A stretch of DNA of 64,000 bases from an uncultured Solirubrobacteraceae bacterium (lineage in GTDB: Bacteria > Actinomycetota > Thermoleophilia > Solirubrobacterales > Solirubrobacteraceae): NCBI GenBank assembly GCA_963726825.1, contig CAVSDT010000002.1:613341-677340 (forward strand). The letters run 5' to 3'. Every line of letters begins with the position of its first letter. Positions within the stretch are counted from its first letter, which is position 1. A program made the position numbers and the translations under genes. The notes below the pieces were generated by a model that saw nothing but the letters and a program-made list of their open reading frames with translations, did not search any database and was not told the origin of the DNA. This document shows, piece after piece, positions 47,796-55,843 of this stretch.

Positions 47796-48925
47796 TCGAC
47801 CTCGAGACTGCCCGGGAGGTCTTCGAGGCCTCCGTGGACGGGACCGTGGGCATCGAGGAGGAGTTCGCCCTCCTCGACCCCGCGACGCTCGCGCTCGTCC
47901 CGGGCTTCGACCCGCTGTTCACCGCGGCGAAGGCCGACCCGGCGCTGACCGACTCCGTCGCCGGCGAGCTGATCGCCTCCGAGATCGAGATCCGCTCCGG
48001 CCGTGGGACGGACGCCGCCGACGCGATCGCCCGCCAGGGCCGCTTCCGCCAGGCGCTGTTCGGGCTCGCCGAGCGCCAGGGTCTCGCCCTCGGCTCCACC
48101 GGGACCCACCCGCTGTCGGGCTATCAGGACCAGCAGCTCATCGACACGGAGCACTACCGCCGGGTCGGGGACGGCCTCCAGTACGTCGCCTGGCGCAACA
48201 ACACGTTCTCCGTCCACGTGCACGTCGGCGTCCAGGGCGCCGACCGGGCGATCAAGGTCACCGACCGCCTGCGCCCGATCCTGCCGACGCTCCTCGCCCT
48301 CTCGGCCAACTCGCCCTACGTCGACACGATCGACTCGGGCCTGCACACCGCCCGCACCCAGACCTTCACGAAGTCCTTCCCGCGCTGCGGCGTCCCCGAC
48401 GTCTACGGCGACTGGGCCACCTGGGCCGACTACGTCGAGCTGCTCAAGCGGACCGGCTCGATCGTCGAGTTCACCCAGCTGTGGTGGTCCGTGCGCCCCC
48501 ACCACGACTTCGGCACCGTCGAGGTCCGCATCTGCGACGCGCAGACGACCGCGCGCGAGTCCGACGCGCTCACGACGCTGATCGCCGGCTGCGTGGCGGC
48601 GGCGGCGCGCGAGGTCGACGAGGGCTCGGCGCCGCCCGACGTCCCCCGGCGGCTGATCGAGGAGAACCTGTGGCGGGCGATCCGCCACGGGATGGACGGC
48701 AACCTGCTCGACCTCGAGGCCGCGCGGATCGAGCCGCTGCCCGCCACGGAGGCCGTGGCGCGCCTGGCCGACTGGGCCGGGGTCGCGCTCGACGGCCTGC
48801 TTCCCGAGGCCAACGGCGCCCAGCGCCAGCGACAGATGATCGCGGAGGGGGCGAGCCCGGCCGAGGTCTACGCCGTCTGCGTGCGAGAGACAGCCGACAG
48901 CTACAAGGAGGTCGCAGGACCATGA
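47792..48925 (+). CDS. Carboxylate-amine ligase, YbdK/GCS2 family (glutamate-cysteine ligase 2-like)
   Basis: 377-aa ORF. The GTG overlaps the rex stop (GTGA). Features are VGIEEEFALLD, GELIASEIEIRSG, HVHVGV, SANSPY, WWSVRPHHDFGTVEVRICD. Confidence 0.88.
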   Translation: MIDLETAREVFEASVDGTVGIEEEFALLDPATLALVPGFDPLFTAAKADPALTDSVAGELIASEIEIRSGRGTDAADAIARQGRFRQALFGLAERQGLALGSTGTHPLSGYQDQQLIDTEHYRRVGDGLQYVAWRNNTFSVHVHVGVQGADRAIKVTDRLRPILPTLLALSANSPYVDTIDSGLHTARTQTFTKSFPRCGVPDVYGDWATWADYVELLKRTGSIVEFTQLWWSVRPHHDFGTVEVRICDAQTTARESDALTTLIAGCVAAAAREVDEGSAPPDVPRRLIEENLWRAIRHGMDGNLLDLEAARIEPLPATEAVARLADWAGVALDGLLPEANGAQRQRQMIAEGASPAEVYAVCVRETADSYKEVAGP

Positions 48926-49365
48926 GCGAGCCCGGACCCGAGGGGATGACCCCCGAGCAGATGCAACAGCTGGAGGCCGAGCTGGAGCGCGTGCACGTCG
49001 ACGACGTGGTGCTGCAGACGATCGTCTCCCTGATCAACCTCGGTGCCCGCAAGGGCGCCGTCGGCGCGCCGCCCGAGGCGGGCCTGACGCCCGACTACGA
49101 CCAGCTGAAGATCGCCATCGACGCCGCCGCGTCGCTGCTGGCGATCGTCGAGCCCCGCCATGCCGACAAGGTGGGCCCGATCCGCGACGCCGTCTCCCAG
49201 CTGCAGCTGGCCTACGCCCAGGGCACGGGCGGCCGCCCGGGAGCGGGCGCCGGCGCCCCGCCCGCCGGCGCGCCGCCGCAGTCGCAGCCGGCCCAGCCGC
49301 AGGGCGGCCAGGCGGGCCCCGGCGACGCGCAGCGCACCGGCCGACTCTGGGTTCCGGGCCAGTAG
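48922..49365 (+). CDS. Hypothetical protein, possibly DUF1844-like, with a Pro/Gly/Gln-rich tail
   Basis: The ATG at 48922 overlaps the upstream stop (ATGA) and is in frame with the tail of ORF 48481..49365. The sequence is MSEPGPEGMTPEQMQQLEAELERVHVDDVVLQTIVSLINLGARKG.. The DUF1844 resemblance is from memory only. Confidence 0.6.
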   Translation: MSEPGPEGMTPEQMQQLEAELERVHVDDVVLQTIVSLINLGARKGAVGAPPEAGLTPDYDQLKIAIDAAASLLAIVEPRHADKVGPIRDAVSQLQLAYAQGTGGRPGAGAGAPPAGAPPQSQPAQPQGGQAGPGDAQRTGRLWVPGQ

Positions 49366-49369
49366 TCCC

Positions 49370-49406
49370 CGGCGGTCGTCACGCCCTGACCGCGTGACGA
49401 CCGCCG
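49370..49406 (+). terminator. Strong hairpin after the rex-GCS2 operon (terminator candidate)
   Basis: cggcggtcgtcacgc-cctgacc-gcgtgacgaccgccg forms a 15-bp perfect stem with a 7-nt loop, starting 5 nt after the TAG at 49363-49365. There is no U-tract. Confidence 0.65.
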
Positions 49407-49503
49407 CGCTCGGTAGGGTCCCGCCCTGCTCCCCTCGTGACGCGCGGCACTAGCCGGGCGCCGGGGTCGAGTGCGTTCCGACAAGAGAGATGGAGAGCCT
49501 CAC

Positions 49504-51555
49504 TTGACCGACTTCCTCACCGACCACGGCGTGCTCGTCGCCCTGGTCTGCGCCCTGGCCGCCGTGCTCTACGGCGGCCTGACGTCACGCTCGTTGCTGG
49601 CCCTGTCGCCGGGCAACGAGACCATGCGCGGTCTGTCCGCCGCGATCCAGGAGGGCGCCTCGGCGTACCTGCGTCGTCAGTACACGACGATCGGGATCGT
49701 CGGCGTCGTCCTGTTCATCATCCTCATCCCGCTGCAGAACATCGAGGTCGCGGTGGGCTTCGCCATCGGCGGCCTCGCCTCCGCGGCGGCCGGCTTCATC
49801 GGCATGAACGTGTCCGTGCGCGCCAACGCCCGCGTGGCGGAGGCCGCCCGCGGCGGCATCTCGCCCGCACTCGACGTCGCGTTCCGCGGCGGCGCCGTCA
49901 CCGGCATGCTCGTCGTCGGCCTCGCCCTGCTCGGCGTGGCCGGCTACTACGGGATCCTCACCGCGATCTTCGACGTCGACGAGAAGGACGCGGTGGACGC
50001 GCTGATCGGCCTCGGCTTCGGCGGCTCCCTGATCTCCGTGTTCGCCCGCCTCGGCGGCGGCATCTTCACCAAGGGCGCTGACGTCGGCGCCGACATCGTC
50101 GGCAAGATCGAGGCCGGCATCCCCGAGGACGACCCGCGCAACCCGGCGGTCATCGCCGACAACGTGGGCGACAACGTCGGTGACTGCGCCGGCATGGCGG
50201 CGGACCTGTTCGAGACCTACGCCGTCACGGCCGTCGCCGTGATGCTGCTGGGGGTCCTGACCTTCGACGGCCAGCCCAACGTGGTCCTGTTCCCGGTCGT
50301 GCTCGGCGGCGTCTCCATCATCGCCTCGATCATCGGGACGTTCGCGGTGAAGTCCGCCAGCGGCAACGTGGAACGGGCGCTCTACCAGGGCCTCGTGGTC
50401 TCCGCCGTCCTCGCCGCGCTCGCGTTCCTGCCCGTGACGAAGTGGATGATGGATGGGCTGCAGGGCGGCGGCGATCCCTCCTGGGGGAAGATCTACCTCT
50501 GCGCCCTCGCCGGGCTCGTCATCACCGGCCTGCTGTTCGTGATCACCGACTACTACACGTCGACGCGCTTCTCCCCGGTCAAGTCGACGGCGAAGGCGTC
50601 GGAGACGGGCCACGCGACGAACATCATCCAGGGCCTCGCCCAGGGCCTGCAGGCCACGGCGGCGCCGGCGCTCGTGATCGTCGTCGGCATCGCCGTGGCG
50701 AACGAGCTCGCCGGGGTCTACGGCATCGGCGTCGCGGTCATGGCGCAGCTGTCGCTGACCGGCCTGATCGTCGCGCTCGACGCCTTCGGCCCGATCACCG
50801 ACAACGCCGGCGGCATCGCCGAGATGGCCGACATGCCCGAGGACGTCCGCAACGTCACCGACCCGCTCGACGCGGTCGGCAACACGACGAAGGCGGTCAC
50901 CAAGGGCTACGCGATCGGCTCGGCGGCGCTTGCGGCGCTCGTGCTGTTCGCGGCGTTCAAGATCGAGCTGGCGAACGAGCTCGACGTCAGCCCGTCCGCG
51001 ATCCGCTTCGACCTCGCCAACTCCGACGTCCTGATCGGGCTGATCCTCGGCGGGCTGATGGTCTGCCTGTTCGCGGCGCTGTCGATGGAGGCCGTCGGCC
51101 GTGCCGGCGGTGCCGTCGTGGAGGAGGTGCGCCGCCAGTTCCGCGAGAAGCCGGGGATCATGGACGGCTCGGAGAAGCCCGAGTACGGCCAGTGCGTCGA
51201 CATCGTCACGCAGGCGGCGCAGCGCGAGATGATCATCCCGTCGCTGATCCCGATCGTCATGACCGTGATCGTCGGCATCATCTCGACCGCGATGCTCGGC
51301 GGGCTGCTGATCGGCGTGATCGTCGTCGGTCTGTTCTTCGCGATCATGATGACCGCGGGCGGCGGCGCGTGGGACAACGCGAAGAAGCTCATCGAGGACG
51401 GCGCGCACGGGGGCAAGGGGTCCTTCGCACACGAGGCCTCGATCACCGGTGACACGGTGGGCGACCCGTTCAAGGACACCTCGGGCCCGGCCATCAACCC
51501 GATGATCAAGGTCGCCAACATCGTGGCGATCCTGATCCTGCCGCTCGTCGCCTAG
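49504..51555 (+). CDS. hppA: Membrane-bound proton-translocating pyrophosphatase
   Basis: The track ORF starts at 49471. The in-frame TTG at 49504 is preceded by GGAGAG at 49492-49497 and is the likelier start. Features are [20 protein letters not shown] and [19 protein letters not shown], with about 15-16 TM spans. Confidence 0.95.
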   Translation: MTDFLTDHGVLVALVCALAAVLYGGLTSRSLLALSPGNETMRGLSAAIQEGASAYLRRQYTTIGIVGVVLFIILIPLQNIEVAVGFAIGGLASAAAGFIGMNVSVRANARVAEAARGGISPALDVAFRGGAVTGMLVVGLALLGVAGYYGILTAIFDVDEKDAVDALIGLGFGGSLISVFARLGGGIFTKGADVGADIVGKIEAGIPEDDPRNPAVIADNVGDNVGDCAGMAADLFETYAVTAVAVMLLGVLTFDGQPNVVLFPVVLGGVSIIASIIGTFAVKSASGNVERALYQGLVVSAVLAALAFLPVTKWMMDGLQGGGDPSWGKIYLCALAGLVITGLLFVITDYYTSTRFSPVKSTAKASETGHATNIIQGLAQGLQATAAPALVIVVGIAVANELAGVYGIGVAVMAQLSLTGLIVALDAFGPITDNAGGIAEMADMPEDVRNVTDPLDAVGNTTKAVTKGYAIGSAALAALVLFAAFKIELANELDVSPSAIRFDLANSDVLIGLILGGLMVCLFAALSMEAVGRAGGAVVEEVRRQFREKPGIMDGSEKPEYGQCVDIVTQAAQREMIIPSLIPIVMTVIVGIISTAMLGGLLIGVIVVGLFFAIMMTAGGGAWDNAKKLIEDGAHGGKGSFAHEASITGDTVGDPFKDTSGPAINPMIKVANIVAILILPLVA

Positions 51556-52280
51556 CGACCCAGGAGCTGCCTCGCCCGCCGCACGGCGGGCGAGGTCTTG
51601 ACCCGGTAGCGGCGCAGGTCGTCGGCGTGGTAGACCCCGACGCGGGGCCACGCGAGCGGCTCCGGCTTCGGCCACCGTGCCGGCAGCGTGCAGGCGTGGC
51701 GGTACCCCGCCGCCCGGGTCGCGGCGATCACGCGGGCGTCGTGGTCGCCGTAGGGGTAGGCGATCGAGTCGCACGGGTGATCGAGCGCCTCGGCCAGCCA
51801 CGCGCGCGACTGCTGGAGCTCCTCGGCCAGCTCGGCGTCGTCGAGCCGGGTCAGGAAGGGATGCGTCGACGTGTGGGACCCGACCTCCCACCCGGCCTCC
51901 AGCAGGAGCTTGAGCTCGCCGACGCCCATGCCGGCGAGCTCGTGCTCGTGGGGGGTCGCCAACCAGCGCTGGGTCCCCTCCCAGGCCAGGGGCCAGCCGT
52001 CGCGGACGTGGTCGCTGACCGCGAACATCGTTCCCGGCCACCCGAGCTCGTCGAGGATCGGCTTGCCGAGGGCGGGCACCGACGTGAAGGCGTCGTCGAA
52101 CGTGACCGCGACGCGCTTGCCGCGGTGGGGGGCGGAGACGGCCTCGGTGAAGGTCACGCCGCGGTAGCCCTGGTCGCGGAGCAGCTCGAGGTGGCTGCGC
52201 AGCAGCTCCGGCGTGGTGGAGAGCGCGGCGTCCCAGGTGGGGCTGACGGCGTGGTAGCAGAGAACGAGCGTGTCGGCCAT
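51552..52280 (-). CDS. Polysaccharide deacetylase (CE4/NodB-like)
   Basis: The ATG at 52280 lies within ORF 51552..52631. Features are [27 protein letters not shown] and YPYGD. It starts 10 nt after the stop of the giant coiled-coil gene. Confidence 0.85.
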   Translation of the reverse strand: MADTLVLCYHAVSPTWDAALSTTPELLRSHLELLRDQGYRGVTFTEAVSAPHRGKRVAVTFDDAFTSVPALGKPILDELGWPGTMFAVSDHVRDGWPLAWEGTQRWLATPHEHELAGMGVGELKLLLEAGWEVGSHTSTHPFLTRLDDAELAEELQQSRAWLAEALDHPCDSIAYPYGDHDARVIAATRAAGYRHACTLPARWPKPEPLAWPRVGVYHADDLRRYRVKTSPAVRRARQLLGR

Positions 52281-52290
52281 GACGGGTTCC

Positions 52291-55200
52291 TCAGGTCGAT
52301 CGATCGGCACGCGCCTCGAAGCGCATGCGCAGCTCTGTCTCGTCGCGCAGGCGATCGGTCGCCTGCTGCACCAGCTTCTGGGACTCGAGGAGCTGGTCGC
52401 GGAGGTCGTCGACCTCGGCCCGGACCTCACGCAGCTGGCCTTCCAGCGCCTCGGCGCGCGCGGAGGCTGCATCGCGCTCCTGGAGGGCGCGCGCCGCGTC
52501 GTGGTCGGCGTCGCTGCTGCGGGCGGGGGAGCGGTCGCGGGCCGGCCGGCGCTCGCCGGAGGCCGCGGCGGCGCGGGCCTCGGCCTCGTCACGCGCCTGG
52601 GCCTCCTCGCGGGCCCGGTCGACGGCGGCATCGAGCTGCGCCTCGAGCTCCAGTGCCCGCCGCGCCTGGGCGTCGAGCTGCTCCTCGTTGCGCGCGAGCT
52701 CGGCGGCGAGCCGCTGGACCTCCTGCTCGAGTCGCGCGGGCTCGTCCCCGCCGCTGCGGGCGGCGTCCTCCTCGAGCCGCTGCACGGCGTCGCGCAGCTG
52801 CTCGCGCTCGCGCTCCGCCTCGGCGAGGCGGGCGGCGATCAGGTCGACGTCGGTGCCGCCGGCGTCCCGGGGGGCGACATCGGCGATCGCGCCCTCCTCG
52901 AGCCGGCGCCGGGCATCGGCGAGCTCGCCGACGACCTGCTCGTGCTCCGCGCGCAGCTCATGGCGCTCGCGTTCGGCGAGACGCAGGGCGTGCCGCGCAT
53001 CCGACAGGGCCGCGGCGAGGTCGGCGCCGTCGGCGTCGGCCCGGAGTGCCGCGACGGTGGCCTCGGCCTCCTGGCGCGCTCGCTCGCTGGCCGCGGCCTC
53101 GGTGCGTGCGTCCTCGACCGCGGCGCGCGCCTCCTCGAGCTCGATCCGGGCGACCTCGAGGTCGCCCGCGAGCGCTTCCGCCTGGTCCTGCGCGTCCCGG
53201 GCGCTGCTCTCGGCGGCATCGACGTCGGCGAGCACCGCGTCGAGCTGCGCGAGGTTGGCCTGCGCCTCGGCGCGGGCCGCCTCGAGGTCGGCCGGGCTCG
53301 GATCATCCGTCGCGTCGGCGGTGTGGGCCTCGAAGCGCTCGCGCAGGTGGACGACCTCGGCCTCGAGCGCCTCGGCTCGGGCCCGCTCGCTCTCGAGCTC
53401 GGTCGCGAGCGCCTCGAGCCGCTGCTCTGCGGCCTCCGCCCGGCGGACGGCGGCGCGCTCGACCTCTGGCAGCTCCGCGGCGGCGGCCGCGGCCCGCGCC
53501 TCGGCGGCCTCGCGTTCGGCCTCGGTGGCCTCGAGGGCCGCCGAGACCCGCTCGAGCTCGCGACGAACGTGTTCGGCGCGCATCGCCGCGGCGTCGCGGG
53601 CCGCCTCGGCCTCGTCGACCAGCGTCTGCAAGGCGGCGCCGGCGTCCGCCCGCTCGAGCGCCTCGTCCCGCTCGGCTCGAACGCGCTCGACGGCCGCCTC
53701 GGCCTCCGCGCGGGCGGCCTCCACGGCGGCTTGCGCCCGCTCGGCGGCGGCGTCGGCCTCCGCCCGGGCGGCCTCGACCGCGGCCTGCGCCTCCGCGGCG
53801 GCCGCCGCCTGGGCGGCGGCGATCTCGGCCTCGGCGGCGCGCTGCGCGCTCCGGGCCTCTGCGACGGCGGCATCGCGGGCGGCCTGGGCCTCGGCCTCGG
53901 CAGCGCGGCGTGCAGTGTCGGCTTCCGCGACGGCGGCATCGCGGGCGGCCTGGGCCTCGGCCTCGGCAGCGCGGCGTGCGGTGTCGGCCTCGGCCTGCGC
54001 GGCCTCCACGGCGGCCTGGGCGGCCTCGACGGCGGCCTGCGTCTCCGCGCGGGCCGCCTCGGCGCGCTGCTGGGCGTCGGCGGCGGCGGCCTGGGCCTCC
54101 GTGAGCGACTGCTCGGTGTCGGCGAGCGTGGTGCGCAGCTCGGCGAGCGCCTCGTCGGTGGCCGCAGCCTGCTGGCGGGCGCCGTCGCGTTCGGCCTGCG
54201 CGGCCTCGACGGCCTCCGCGGCCTCGGCCTCCGCGCGGGACGCGTGTTCGCGCGCCTCGGCGGCGCGGGCCTCGGCAGCCTCGAGGGCGGCCTCGGCCGC
54301 GTCGGCACGACTGATCGCGTCGGCCTCGACCTCCTCGGCGCGGGCGGCGAGGACGCGTGCGCGCTCTTCGGCCGCCTCGGTGACGGCCCGCGCCTCGGCT
54401 TCCCGCTCGGCCGTGACGACGGCGGCCCGGCGCTCGGCGGCCTCGGCGGCGTTCCGGGCCTCGGCCACCGCCTCCTCGGCTTCGAGCCGGGCCGCGTCGG
54501 CCGCCTCGGCCTCGCTGCGGGCCGCCGCGGCGTCGGCCGCAGCGGTGGACGCGGCGGCCTCGGCCGCTTCCCGCGCGGCGAGGGCGGCCTCGGCCTCGGC
54601 CTGGGCGGCGGCGACGGCCTCGTCGCGTTGGGCCTCTGCGGCGGCGACGGCGGCCTCGGCCTCGGTCTGGGCGGCGGCGAGGGCCTCGTCGCGTTGGGCC
54701 TGGGCGGCGGCGATGGCGGCCTCGGCCTCGCCCTGGGCGGCGGCGACGGCCTCGTCGCGTTGGGCCTCTGCGGCGGCGACGGCGGCCTCGGCCTCGCCCT
54801 GGGCGGCGGCGAGGGCCTCGTCGCGTTGGGCCTCGGCGGCGGCGACGGCGGCCTCGGCCTCGCCCTGGGCGGCGGCGAGGGCCTCGTCGCGCTGGGCCTC
54901 CGCGGCGGCGACGGCGGCCTCGGCCTCGCCCTGGGCGGCGGCGACGGCCTCGTCGCGTTGGGCCTCTGCGGCGGCGACGGCGGCCTCGGCCTCGCCCTGG
55001 GCGGCAGCGACGGCCTCGTCGCGCTGGGCCTCCGCGGCGGCGACGGCGGCGACGGCCTCGTCGCGGGCGGTCTCGACCTGCGCGGCGGCAGCCTCGGCGG
55101 CGTCGACGCGGGCCTCCGCGTCGGCGAGGGCGGTCCGCAGCTGGGTCTCGCGCTCGGCGGCGGCCTCCAGCTCACGGTCCAGCTCGTCCTCGACGGCGAG

Positions 55201-55698
55201 GGTGCGGTCGCGCTCGCGCAGCAGCAGGGCCTCGGCGCGGCGGCGGGCCGCCCGCTCGCGGTCGAGCTCGGCGGTGGCCTCCGCAGGTCGCGCGGCGCTG
55301 CGCCCCTCCGGAGGCGGGGCCGGGACCGGGACGGCGGGGGCGTCGGCGCGCCGCGCCCGGGGTCCGCCGGTACGCGGCTCGGGGGCCAGCAGCACGGCCG
55401 GGCGGGCGCCCGGCGCGGTCAGGACGAGGCCGGTGGCCTCGTCGAGCAGGGTGCGGGCGAGGGGGAACGCCCCACGCCAGTCCTCGCCGCCCGGGCCGGC
55501 GACGGGCGGGCCGGCGGGATCGGGGAGGGCCGAGACCTCGTGACGGCGCCCGCCGGCGACCACCTCGAGGACGGGCACGCCGAGCGTCGCCTCCTGCGCG
55601 GCGGTCCAGGTGCCGCTGACGCGCAGCAGGGCGGTGGTGGGGGAGGCATCGACGCGCTCGCGGGCAGCGAGCGTGAAGGTCGCGGTCGCCGGGGTCAC
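52291..55698 (-). CDS. Giant (~1135 aa) Ala/Glu/Arg-rich coiled-coil protein with 22-residue (2x11) repeats
   Basis: The ORF spans 52291..55995. GTG 55698 is the only in-frame start upstream of the ~130-aa non-repetitive N-domain that lies within the divergent intergenic gap. About 1000 aa of uninterrupted helical low-complexity sequence follows (AVAAAEAQRDE/AVAAAQGEAEA units, AEADTARRAAEAEAQAARDAAV units), then a non-repeat C-terminus (..LVQQATDRLRDETELRMRFEARADRST). I saw no signal peptide or TM span. Confidence 0.7.
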   Translation of the reverse strand: MTPATATFTLAARERVDASPTTALLRVSGTWTAAQEATLGVPVLEVVAGGRRHEVSALPDPAGPPVAGPGGEDWRGAFPLARTLLDEATGLVLTAPGARPAVLLAPEPRTGGPRARRADAPAVPVPAPPPEGRSAARPAEATAELDRERAARRRAEALLLRERDRTLAVEDELDRELEAAAERETQLRTALADAEARVDAAEAAAAQVETARDEAVAAVAAAEAQRDEAVAAAQGEAEAAVAAAEAQRDEAVAAAQGEAEAAVAAAEAQRDEALAAAQGEAEAAVAAAEAQRDEALAAAQGEAEAAVAAAEAQRDEAVAAAQGEAEAAIAAAQAQRDEALAAAQTEAEAAVAAAEAQRDEAVAAAQAEAEAALAAREAAEAAASTAAADAAAARSEAEAADAARLEAEEAVAEARNAAEAAERRAAVVTAEREAEARAVTEAAEERARVLAARAEEVEADAISRADAAEAALEAAEARAAEAREHASRAEAEAAEAVEAAQAERDGARQQAAATDEALAELRTTLADTEQSLTEAQAAAADAQQRAEAARAETQAAVEAAQAAVEAAQAEADTARRAAEAEAQAARDAAVAEADTARRAAEAEAQAARDAAVAEARSAQRAAEAEIAAAQAAAAAEAQAAVEAARAEADAAAERAQAAVEAARAEAEAAVERVRAERDEALERADAGAALQTLVDEAEAARDAAAMRAEHVRRELERVSAALEATEAEREAAEARAAAAAAELPEVERAAVRRAEAAEQRLEALATELESERARAEALEAEVVHLRERFEAHTADATDDPSPADLEAARAEAQANLAQLDAVLADVDAAESSARDAQDQAEALAGDLEVARIELEEARAAVEDARTEAAASERARQEAEATVAALRADADGADLAAALSDARHALRLAERERHELRAEHEQVVGELADARRRLEEGAIADVAPRDAGGTDVDLIAARLAEAEREREQLRDAVQRLEEDAARSGGDEPARLEQEVQRLAAELARNEEQLDAQARRALELEAQLDAAVDRAREEAQARDEAEARAAAASGERRPARDRSPARSSDADHDAARALQERDAASARAEALEGQLREVRAEVDDLRDQLLESQKLVQQATDRLRDETELRMRFEARADRST
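53861..53992. repeat. 66-nt tandem duplication within the coiled-coil gene
   Basis: The units are 53861-53926 and 53927-53992, which differ at only about 3 positions. Each encodes AEADTARRAAEAEAQAARDAAV. Confidence 0.85.
54583..55044. repeat. 66-nt tandem repeat x7 within the coiled-coil gene
   Basis: The units begin at 54583, 54649, 54715, 54781, 54847, 54913 and 54979 (ggcggcctcggcctcgccctgggcggcggcgacggcctcgtcgcgttgggcctc.gcggcggcgac). There are only a few substitutions per unit. Each unit encodes 22 aa (EAEAAVAAAEAQRDEAVAAAQG). Confidence 0.9.
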
Positions 55699-55843
55699 CG
55701 GCGTCCCGGCCCGATGGTGCGCGCTCCCGCGGCGGCGGTGGTCTCTCGGTGACGAGCGTGCATGGGCCCCATTGTGCTGGAGAGGCGGGACGCGTGTAGC
55801 GCAAGGCTCACGATCGGCCGGTCCCTGGTCGATACTCCCGGCG

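Noticed and set aside
54583-55044. Tandem repeats (66-nt x7, 66-nt x2, 15-bp x5, 21-bp x2-3) considered as possible CRISPR arrays.
   Set aside because: The units are contiguous with no unique spacers. Three of the four sets are in-frame inside coding sequence, and no cas genes are present.
52270-55752. Alternative reading of the coiled-coil region: plus-strand ORFs 52270..55752 (Gly/Leu-rich) and 52325..55543 (Ser/Ala-rich), and minus-strand ORF 52839..55175 (Pro/Arg-rich).
   Set aside because: These are the expected mirror or shifted frames of GAG/GCC/GCG-rich DNA. Only the chosen minus frame gives non-repetitive, protein-like N- and C-termini. It starts inside a real intergenic gap and ends 10 nt before a co-directional gene. 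The plus-strand ORFs would overlap the deacetylase start. The strand call still deserves transcript confirmation.
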